A stretch of 64,000 bases of DNA, from the NCBI GenBank assembly GCA_050013595.1, contig JBEKEY010000001.1:10044-74043 (forward strand), in the 5' to 3' direction. The notes below the pieces were generated by a model. That model had not been told where the DNA came from, made no database searches, and saw only the letters and a program-made list of their open reading frames with translations. Each line of letters opens with the position of its first letter. Positions within the stretch are counted from its first letter, which is position 1. The DNA is from Thermoplasmata archaeon (lineage in GTDB: Archaea; Thermoplasmatota; Thermoplasmata; Lutacidiplasmatales; UBA184). The translations under genes and the position numbers were made by a program. This document shows positions 56,917-64,000 of the stretch, piece after piece.

Positions 56917-58584
56917 ATGGGGGAGCCGAACCGTCACTTCCTGTTCCGCGGTCGGTCGCGCTCGGCCCGAAACGGCGAGACCCTCCTTCTCGCGCTCGCG
57001 CGCGACCGGCTCCCGTTGCTTCGTCGCTCCATCCAGTACCATCGGCCCCAGGGTCCCTTCTGCGGGATCGGCCACTGTGCCGGCTGTCTCGTGCGGGTCA
57101 ACGGCCGCCCCAACGTCCGCGCCTGCCGCTACGAACCCGCCGAGGGGGATTCCGTGACGACCGAGAACGCGTGGCCGTCCCCCGCATGGGACGCGTACGC
57201 GATGGTCGGTCTCCTCACGCCCGGCGGGGTCGACACGCTGCACGGGCTCCGGCGACCGGCCTGGGCGACCCGTCTCTACCAGCGAGTGGTCCGTCGATTT
57301 GCTGGCACGGGGGAGCCTCCGACCGAGGCTGCCGCCCGCGCGCTCGTCGCCCCGGCCGTCGAGCGCTCCGGCGACGTCGTGATCGTCGGTGCGGGCGACG
57401 CCGGTCGAGCGGTGGCGTCCGCTCTCGTTGCGATCGGGGTCCGACCGATCGTCCTCGAGCGGAATCTTCGTGCGCTGCCCGTCGCGGGAGCGGACCTGCT
57501 GACCGCGACGACCGCCGTGTTCCTCCCGCCCCCATCCGAGGCCGGCGAACGGCGGTTCACGCTCCTCGCCTTCCGAGAACCGGCCCAAGGGGTGCACCTC
57601 AACGCGCGGACCGTCGTGCTCGCGACCGGCGGCTACGACGCATCGCTCCTCTTCCGAGGCAACGACCAGCCGGGGGTCGTCACCGCGGACGCGGCGCTGT
57701 CGCTCGTGACCCCGTCGCACCCTCCTCCCTTCGAGCGGGCGGTGGTCGTCGGCGGAGGCCCTCGCGCGGCCGAGGTGTTCGCGCGGTGCGCGGACGCGGT
57801 CGAGGCGGTGGTCGCGCCGGGGGAGATCCGCTCCGAGGTCGTTCGCGCCGCGGCCGACGCCGGCGTGCCGCTCTATCCGCGTTCGCTCCTCCTGGGAGCC
57901 GACGGACGCCGACGGGTGCGCGCGGTCCGGGTCCGCGCTCGGGGAAGCGGGACCGAGACCCGCATCGCCTGTGACGCGGTCGTTCTCGCTCACCGCAGGG
58001 TCCCCCTCACCCAACTGTTCTTCCAGGCCGGCGCGACGATGGAATGGCACCCGAACGTCGGCGCGTACTTCCCGAGCGTGAGCTCGAACGGGGTGACGAG
58101 CGTCCCCGGTCTGTTCGTCGCCGGATCATCGGCCGCGAGCGTTCCGGACTCCGACCGAGCGGGCCACGCTCGGTCCGTCGCCGACGCGGTCGCCCACGGC
58201 ACGGTCTCGACCACACCGCCCGTGGTCCGTTCTCCCGGCGGCCCTCCCACGGAGCTCCTCGCCTACTATCGCGAGCTCCTGCGCGTTCCGGGTCACGGAC
58301 GCTGGGTGGCCTGCCCCTGCGTCGACGTCCTCCTTTCCGAGGTCGAGGAGGCCGTTCGATGCGGGTACCGCGGGATCGAGGTCATCAAGCGATACTCGGG
58401 TCTCGGCTCCGGGATCTGTCAGGGCCGCTACTGCCTACCGGACGCTCTCCTGCTGCTCTCGATCCTCGAGGACCGACCTCCTCCCGAGGTCGGTTACATC
58501 ACCCAACGACCTCCGGTCGTTCCCACCCCGCTCGCCGCGTTCGCCTCCCTTCCGCCGCTGCCGACCGAGAGCGTTCTCCCATGA
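56917..58584 (+). CDS. FAD/NAD-binding amino-acid dehydrogenase alpha-like subunit (HcnB/OoxA/sarcosine-oxidase-alpha-like) with N-terminal 2Fe-2S domain and BFD-like [2Fe-2S] domain
   Basis: N-terminal Cys cluster CGIGHCAGCLVRVNG...C, Rossmann motif VVIVGAGDAGRA, and C-terminal CPC...C...CQGRYC. Confidence 0.75.
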   Translation: MGEPNRHFLFRGRSRSARNGETLLLALARDRLPLLRRSIQYHRPQGPFCGIGHCAGCLVRVNGRPNVRACRYEPAEGDSVTTENAWPSPAWDAYAMVGLLTPGGVDTLHGLRRPAWATRLYQRVVRRFAGTGEPPTEAAARALVAPAVERSGDVVIVGAGDAGRAVASALVAIGVRPIVLERNLRALPVAGADLLTATTAVFLPPPSEAGERRFTLLAFREPAQGVHLNARTVVLATGGYDASLLFRGNDQPGVVTADAALSLVTPSHPPPFERAVVVGGGPRAAEVFARCADAVEAVVAPGEIRSEVVRAAADAGVPLYPRSLLLGADGRRRVRAVRVRARGSGTETRIACDAVVLAHRRVPLTQLFFQAGATMEWHPNVGAYFPSVSSNGVTSVPGLFVAGSSAASVPDSDRAGHARSVADAVAHGTVSTTPPVVRSPGGPPTELLAYYRELLRVPGHGRWVACPCVDVLLSEVEEAVRCGYRGIEVIKRYSGLGSGICQGRYCLPDALLLLSILEDRPPPEVGYITQRPPVVPTPLAAFASLPPLPTESVLP

Positions 58585-59744
58585 CGTTCGCGCGGAACTC
58601 CTATCGCACCGTGGTGGTCGGCGCGGGTATCGTCGGTCTCTTCACCGCCTACCATATCGCACGGATGGGCAGCGGGCCGGTGCTCGTCGTCGATCGCGGG
58701 TTCCTGTCGGGGGGAGCCTCCGGCCGCAACGGCGGCGGGGTCCGCCAGCAGTGGGAAACCCGCGGGACGGTCCGTCTCGCCCGCGAGTCGGTCGAAGCGT
58801 ACCGCCACTTCGGACGAGAGTTCGGATTCAACATCTGGTTCCGTCAGACCGGTTATCTCTTCCTGGCCGAGAACGACGCCGAGCTCGCCCGCCTACGGAC
58901 CGTCCACGCGCTCGTCGCCTCCGAGGGCCTCGCCTCGAGGGTCCTCGATGCGACCGGCGTGGCGCGCTTCGTCGAAGGGATCGCCCCGGATGCGGTCGTC
59001 GGAGGTACGTACCTCGAGAGTGACGGTATCCTCTACCCGTTCCCCGCGATCTGGGGCATCTACGAGGCCGCCCGCTCGCTCGGCGTCGAGGTCGCGCTGG
59101 GGGTCGAGGCGCTCGGGGTCGAGGTCCGGAACGACCGGGTGGCCGGCCTCCTCACCTCGCAAGGTCCCGTAGGAACACCGACGGTCGTGAACGCGGCAGG
59201 GGGGTGGTCGGGCGACTTCTCGCGCCGGTCCGGGCTCGAGGTCCCGAACGTCGCGACGCGGCATGAGATCCTCGCGACCGAGTCGATGAAGCCGTTCCTC
59301 GACCCAATGGTCGTGCGCGTCTCGGACGGACTCTACTTCAGCCAGTCGATGCGCGGGGAGATCATCGGAGGACTCACGCTCCCGCACCGTCCTGGAACGT
59401 CGCGGGGAACGGGAAGCTCGCCCGCTTTCCTTTCCGCCATGGCCCGCGCGCTCGTCGGTCTTCTTCCCCGGCTCGGCGCCGTGGGGGTCCTGCGAGCGTG
59501 GTCCGGGTTCTACGACGACACGCCGGACGGATTCCCGGTGATCGGCGAGGACCCGCGTCTTCCCGGCTTCGTTCACGGGAACGGCTTCGGAGGCCACGGG
59601 TTCATGCTGGCCCCGGCGACCTCGCGCCGCATCGCGCTCGCGGCGCTCGGCCAGGCGACCGACCTCGACCCCCACCAGTTCTCGCCGGGCCGGTTCGCGA
59701 CGCGGCCCGTCGCCTCTGCCGCCGAGCGACTGCAGCTCGGTTGA
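58581..59744 (+). CDS. FAD-dependent oxidoreductase beta-like subunit (DAO family; HcnC/OoxB/proline-dehydrogenase-beta-like)
   Basis: ATG 58581 overlaps the upstream stop (ATGA). Rossmann motif VVVGAGIVG. Confidence 0.8.
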   Translation: MTFARNSYRTVVVGAGIVGLFTAYHIARMGSGPVLVVDRGFLSGGASGRNGGGVRQQWETRGTVRLARESVEAYRHFGREFGFNIWFRQTGYLFLAENDAELARLRTVHALVASEGLASRVLDATGVARFVEGIAPDAVVGGTYLESDGILYPFPAIWGIYEAARSLGVEVALGVEALGVEVRNDRVAGLLTSQGPVGTPTVVNAAGGWSGDFSRRSGLEVPNVATRHEILATESMKPFLDPMVVRVSDGLYFSQSMRGEIIGGLTLPHRPGTSRGTGSSPAFLSAMARALVGLLPRLGAVGVLRAWSGFYDDTPDGFPVIGEDPRLPGFVHGNGFGGHGFMLAPATSRRIALAALGQATDLDPHQFSPGRFATRPVASAAERLQLG

Positions 59745-59768
59745 CCCGGACTCTCCTCCGGAACGCTA

Positions 59769-61142
59769 TTGAACGCGTGGCCCGCTCCCGCGTCCGTGAT
59801 CGGACAGTTCCCGTGGGACCCGTTCCCTCCCTCGGGTGAACCGGACCCGAAGGGCCCGGACCCGGTCCAGACGATCGCGTTCCGGGCGGCCGTCACGACC
59901 GCGGACGCCTACCGGTCGGTCCGGCTCGCGCTCCGGCGCGAGAGCGGCTCGCTACGCGTCGGCAACCGGTTCGTTACGGACGGTCGCTATCGGCAGGTGG
60001 CGTTCCTCGCTTTCGGGAACGCCGCGAACTCGATGGCCCTCGGAGCCCTGCATGCCGTCGGCGACCGATTGACCCAGGGGTTCCTCGCCGGGCCGGAACC
60101 GGTCGCGCCTGAGATCCCGTTCCGGGGCGTCCTCGTTCCTCCCGGGTGGGGCGGCGCGCCCGAGGCCGCGGAAGCGTTCGCCGCGGCTACCGAGCTCGCG
60201 GCCGGGCTCTCCGAGCAGGACCTGCTGCTCGTCCTCCTGTCGGCGGGCGCGGTCCGCTCGCTCGTCCAGCCACCGAAAGGCATGGGAACACCAGAGTTCG
60301 GGAATCTCCTTCTGGAGGCGTACGGTCGCGGCGCCACGGGCACCGAGGTCGAGCTCCTGATGCGAGTGCTCGGCGGCGGCGGCGTCGGCGGTCGTCTCGC
60401 GAGCGCGATCCCCCACGCGGACGTGGCAACGCTCGTCGTCGACCGCGGCGACGGGGCGAGACTGCTCGGCGGCGGACCGATGCACCCGCTCGGGGCGACG
60501 GAACGGACCGAATGTCGGCAGGTGCTGACGCGCCTAGGCTTGTCGGACTCCCTTCCGCCGAGGGTCCGGGAGGGAGTCGGGTCCGTCGATGTCCCGGCCG
60601 CTGGGTTCCCCGACCGGATCGCTCGCCCCGTGATCGTGGCAAGCCCGGGCGACGCGCTCCGAGCGGCGGCCGACGCGGTCTTCGACAAGGGATGGACGAG
60701 TCGGCTCGCGTTCCTCGCCTTGCGCGATGCGCCGGCCGCAGCCGCGGTGCAGTTCCTGACCCGCGCGGAGGAACTCTATTCCGCGGAGGGACTGACCAGC
60801 GACAGCCGAACGAAGGGCGTCGGCGCGTTCGCGATGACGACCCTGGGCCTCCCGGAAGGAGTGGACGAGGGGCCCGCCTTCGGCGAGTTCCTCACCGCGG
60901 CCCGGGAGAACTTACGTCGGCGGGAGATGAGCGCGGGGCTCTTCCGGACCTCCGGGGCGATCGGAGCCTCCGAATACCCGGCCGGCGCGGTCGTAGGCGC
61001 CCCGACCGACCTCGATTCGCACGTGAAGGCCGATCGGGCCCGGGTGGTCGCGATGCGACGCGGGATCACGGATGTCGGAATGCTGGCGGTCGCGCTCTTC
61101 CCCACGCCGGTCGCGGAGAGCCGAGCCGCCCGAGCACGCTAG
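59769..61142 (+). CDS. glycerate kinase, MOFRL family
   Basis: DUF4147 + MOFRL architecture over 457 aa. Confidence 0.8.
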   Translation: MNAWPAPASVIGQFPWDPFPPSGEPDPKGPDPVQTIAFRAAVTTADAYRSVRLALRRESGSLRVGNRFVTDGRYRQVAFLAFGNAANSMALGALHAVGDRLTQGFLAGPEPVAPEIPFRGVLVPPGWGGAPEAAEAFAAATELAAGLSEQDLLLVLLSAGAVRSLVQPPKGMGTPEFGNLLLEAYGRGATGTEVELLMRVLGGGGVGGRLASAIPHADVATLVVDRGDGARLLGGGPMHPLGATERTECRQVLTRLGLSDSLPPRVREGVGSVDVPAAGFPDRIARPVIVASPGDALRAAADAVFDKGWTSRLAFLALRDAPAAAAVQFLTRAEELYSAEGLTSDSRTKGVGAFAMTTLGLPEGVDEGPAFGEFLTAARENLRRREMSAGLFRTSGAIGASEYPAGAVVGAPTDLDSHVKADRARVVAMRRGITDVGMLAVALFPTPVAESRAARAR

Positions 61143-61765
61143 CGGTTCCCCGGGGCCGCGCTGCGCTCGGCGTTCGCCTCGCCCTCTTGGAAGTGGCGCT
61201 TGAGGGCCATGTACTCCGCGAAGGAGATCTCCCGACGGGCCCGAACGGCCCCGGCCTGCTTCAACGAGTCGATCCGGTAGGTCTGCAGCAACTCCGACAC
61301 GGGACGGCCTCCGCCGTCCGAACGCCCTGCCAGCGCGGGAGTCGCGGCGATCATCGGCGTCTCGAACCGTGGCTCCGGGGCCGGGGTCGGCAGTTCCGCC
61401 GGAGCCGGCGGCGCTCCCAAGTACTCGACCAGCCGAGCGTGCTCGCCCGCGGTGAGCTCGCCCTCGCCGAGCAGGAGGTCCACGAGCTCGCGCTGGCGCG
61501 GCCGATAGGTCTCGACGAGCTCGGTCAGATCACGCTCGGGGCGGGCGGCCATCGCCGCGGCGAGCGGGGGGCCGATGAGCCCGTCCAGGTCGGCCTGAAG
61601 GTCGTCGAGCGCCCGGGCCAGTTCCGAGTTGTCGGGGCTCGATCCGTCCGGCGTGATCTCGAACCGGGCCGAGAGCCGTACCGACCCGGCCGACGGTGCG
61701 TCCGCACGCAGCGGACGCTCGACCGTGAGCTCGACCTCGCGCCGTCGTACGGGCACGGCGGCCAA
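61139..61765 (-). CDS. hypothetical protein
   Basis: 208-aa protein-like ORF with no family recognised. Overlaps the glycerate kinase end by 4 nt. Confidence 0.45.
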   Translation of the reverse strand: MAAVPVRRREVELTVERPLRADAPSAGSVRLSARFEITPDGSSPDNSELARALDDLQADLDGLIGPPLAAAMAARPERDLTELVETYRPRQRELVDLLLGEGELTAGEHARLVEYLGAPPAPAELPTPAPEPRFETPMIAATPALAGRSDGGGRPVSELLQTYRIDSLKQAGAVRARREISFAEYMALKRHFQEGEANAERSAAPGNR

Positions 61766-61857
61766 CGGTCGAGCGCGGAGAAAAGGTACGCCCGCACGAT
61801 GAAACGCGAATCGCGTTCTCTCGAGTTACCACCGTTCACTTGCTTTCACACAGTAAC

Positions 61858-61868
61858 TATAAAAAGGT
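61858..61868 (+). promoter_or_regulatory. TATA box (CTATAAAAAGG) ~30 bp upstream of hxlR-like start
   Basis: Seen in sequence. Supports the ATG 61900 start. Confidence 0.4.
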
Positions 61869-61899
61869 CCGCGGCCCTACGTCCTCCGAGGCGAGACCG

Positions 61900-62385
61900 A
61901 TGGAGACCGAGCGCGCCCGGCGAACCGTACCCGCTCATTCGGGGGCGGCGGACACCTGCGACTCGGCCGACGGGCGACACCTATGCCCGGTCCTCGCGGC
62001 GGTCGGCGTCATCGGGACCGAGTGGCGTCTCGCGATCGTTCACCGCCTTCTCGAAGGGCCCCAACGGTTCAGCGAGATCCTGAAGTCGAACCCGCGGCTC
62101 AACGCGAAGACGTTGAGCGCGACCCTGAAGTTCCTCGAGGGCCAGGGCGTCGTGCAGCGCACGGTCGTGAGCACCCGTCCGTTCTCCGTCGTTTACTCAC
62201 TGACGGAGATGGGCCTCGGTCTCGCGCCGGCCGCGCGGGAACTTCGGGCCTGGGGCGAGCGCTGGCTCCTTCCCCGAGCCGCGCAAGCCAGCCGCGCCTC
62301 CGCCTCCGCCCGACGGCCGCCGGCGATCCAGGGGGAACTTCCCCGGATCGTCATCGGCGAGTCGGACTCGCACCGGTCCCGATAG
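61900..62385 (+). CDS. HxlR-family winged-helix transcriptional regulator
   Basis: HxlR signature (CPVLAAVGVIGTEWRLAIVHRLLEGPQRFSEI). Confidence 0.8.
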   Translation: METERARRTVPAHSGAADTCDSADGRHLCPVLAAVGVIGTEWRLAIVHRLLEGPQRFSEILKSNPRLNAKTLSATLKFLEGQGVVQRTVVSTRPFSVVYSLTEMGLGLAPAARELRAWGERWLLPRAAQASRASASARRPPAIQGELPRIVIGESDSHRSR

Positions 62386-62618
62386 CGGAACGGCTTCCTC
62401 CCGAGCCGTTTCACGACCTCCCGTCCGCGGTTCAAATACCGCGAACGGCCGTGGTTGTTGTGCAACCACCCCGGGAAGGTCCTTCCATATCGCCGCAAGG
62501 GGACGGCACCGCGTCCCAGGCGTGCGAGGGACCTTTCCACAACCGGTCCTGGGTAACTCTCCTCTCGGGCCCGAGGTCCCTCTTAATCTTCCCCTCGGTA
62601 CTGAAGTCGACCGGCTCC

Positions 62619-64000
62619 ATGCCCGCGAAACCTCGAGTGAAGATCTCGGGCCTTTCCCCTCCCGTTCTGGCCGAGCGGCGACCGGTCGTCGACACCTATC
62701 ATTCCGTCTCGGTACCCGACGACTACCGTTGGCTCGAGGACGGGAAGGACCGCGAAGTACGTCGATGGACCGCTGCGCAGAGCGCTCGAGCCCGCGAGTT
62801 CCTGGATGCGCTGCCGCAGCGCAAGGCGATCGTCCACCGATTTCAGGAGCTCTCGCGAAAGGGGTTCGCCTACTACGGTGGGTTCCAGTGCGCCGGGGGC
62901 CGCCTCTTCGCCCTCAAGTGGGACTCTCGCAAGAATCGCCCTCGGCTGGTGGTGTTCGATTCGCTCGACGACCTGGGCCGGGAGAGGGTCCTCCTCGACC
63001 TGGAACAGCTCGCCCGGCCAGGGAGCACGACCGACATCGACTTCTTCGTGCCGTCCTGGAACGGCCGCCTCGTCGCCGCGAGCCTCTCCGAAGGTGGGAG
63101 CGAGAAGGGGGACGTCCATCTCTTCGATGTCTCGTCGGGAGAACCGCGGGATGAGGTCGTGCACCGGACCCATGGGGTCGGGGGAGGTTCGGTGGCCTGG
63201 GCGCCCGACGGCCGCGGATTCCTCTACGTTCGCTATCCCCGCGCGGGAGAGCGACCCCCCGAGGACCTGGACTTCTACCAGCAGGTCTACTTTCACCGTC
63301 TCGGAAGTTCGGACGAGGACGACACCTACGCGGTCGGGAAGGAGTTCCCGCGCATCGCTCAGGTACGGCTCGCGAGCCACCCCGAACGGGAACAGTATCT
63401 CGCCACGGTCGCCCACGGCGACGGGGGCCAGTACGAACATTGGACCGGGGACGGGACGCCCCGATGGACCCGGGTGAGCGACCCGACGGACGAGGTCTTC
63501 CGTGCCGAGCTGGGCCGGGACGGCCACCTCTACCTCATCTCTCGTACGGGGGCTCCCCGGGGCTGTCTCCTCCGCGTGTCGAAGCGGAACGGAACGGTGG
63601 CGGACGCCGAACCCTTGCTCCCCGAGCGGGATTGGATCCTCGAGGACCTGGCCACGACTCCGCGCTTCCTCTTCCTCAAGGAGCAGTTGGGCGGCCTCGG
63701 GCGGTTAGAACGGCTCAATCTGCGGACCGGGGCCGTCGCCGAGGTTCCCCTCCCGCCGGTCTCCGCTATCCGCGAAATGACCCCCCTCGACGCCGACCGG
63801 GTGTTGTTCGGCGTGTCCACGTTCCTTGCTCCTCCCTCGTACTTCGTCGCCGCGGGGAAGGGCGCTCCGTTACCCACGCCCCTTTCCTCTCCTCCGCCCG
63901 CGGACCTTTCGGGCTGGGACGTGGTCCGCGACCTCGCTACCTCGAAGGACGGGACCCAGGTCCCGATCAGCATCATCGTACCGAAAGGATGGGTGCGAGA
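62619..64000 (+). CDS. prolyl oligopeptidase (S9A) N-terminal beta-propeller region, partial (runs off window end)
   Basis: Translated by hand from ATG 62619. 460 codons with no stop, carrying the SVPDDYRWLED motif. Absent from the ORF track because it is open-ended. Confidence 0.8.
   Translation, partial: MPAKPRVKISGLSPPVLAERRPVVDTYHSVSVPDDYRWLEDGKDREVRRWTAAQSARAREFLDALPQRKAIVHRFQELSRKGFAYYGGFQCAGGRLFALKWDSRKNRPRLVVFDSLDDLGRERVLLDLEQLARPGSTTDIDFFVPSWNGRLVAASLSEGGSEKGDVHLFDVSSGEPRDEVVHRTHGVGGGSVAWAPDGRGFLYVRYPRAGERPPEDLDFYQQVYFHRLGSSDEDDTYAVGKEFPRIAQVRLASHPEREQYLATVAHGDGGQYEHWTGDGTPRWTRVSDPTDEVFRAELGRDGHLYLISRTGAPRGCLLRVSKRNGTVADAEPLLPERDWILEDLATTPRFLFLKEQLGGLGRLERLNLRTGAVAEVPLPPVSAIREMTPLDADRVLFGVSTFLAPPSYFVAAGKGAPLPTPLSSPPPADLSGWDVVRDLATSKDGTQVPISIIVPKGWVR

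Noticed and set aside
60146-62083. 645-aa plus-strand ORF
   Set aside because: Out of frame with glycerate kinase and spanning two other genes. About 25 percent Arg, and not protein-like.
1-64000. CRISPR arrays, rRNA genes, IS elements/transposases, integrase genes
   Set aside because: No spaced direct-repeat arrays, no rRNA-like conserved stretches, and no DDE, serine-recombinase or tyrosine-recombinase motifs were found by reading. Absence cannot be proven without tools.

Overview
This is a high-GC (~65-70%) archaeal chromosomal window. Archaeal signatures include a fibrillarin gene, two tRNAs without encoded CCA, a divergent lrp-glnA pair sharing a bidirectional TATA box, and TATA-like boxes about 25-30 bp upstream of several starts. 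Proteins are not acidic, so it is not a haloarchaeon, and lineage cannot be fixed from sequence alone. Because of the GC content, long antisense and off-frame ORFs cover almost every real gene. Coding strands were assigned by recognisable protein families and by tight operon junctions. The strongest signal is an operon at 5.7-10.1 kb that looks like a Ced-type DNA transfer or minimal type IV secretion system. It encodes a TrbC/VirB2-like two-helix pilin-like protein, a VirB6/CedA-like polytopic membrane protein, two further membrane proteins and a VirB4/TrbE/CedB-type ATPase with Walker A and B motifs. It sits downstream of a PKD-repeat surface glycoprotein and upstream of an MNT/HepT toxin-antitoxin pair with a perfect 22-bp palindromic operator and an orphan beta-class DNA methyltransferase. 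No VirD4, relaxase or integrase was seen. Other content: an HPS-RraA fusion, truA, a complete pstSCAB-phoU operon, and tRNA-Glu preceded by a 10-bp inverted repeat. A ~22-kb amine/omega-amino-acid catabolic island carries four class-III aminotransferase paralogs, MmsA, two more aldehyde dehydrogenases, two amidohydrolases, a saccharopine-dehydrogenase-like gene and a Dpp-type ABC importer whose ATPases have unusual insertions. Next comes glnA/lrp with a 16-bp palindrome over the glnA start. tRNA-Leu(CAG) is followed by a RelE/ParE toxin-antitoxin islet bounded by a partial copy of the tRNA 3' end. Then come an osmo-adaptation-like cluster (MscS, GT4 sugar-phosphate synthase, HAD-IIB phosphatase, GH15 trehalase-like), a two-subunit molybdenum hydroxylase, a truncated Fur-like gene, Fe-ADH, a PhoU-AbrB regulator, a two-subunit FAD amino-acid dehydrogenase (HcnBC/proline-dehydrogenase-like), glycerate kinase, and an HxlR regulator. 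Two genes run off the window ends and are missing from the ORF track (an ABC ATPase at the left edge, a prolyl oligopeptidase at the right edge). No rRNA, CRISPR array or transposase was found.
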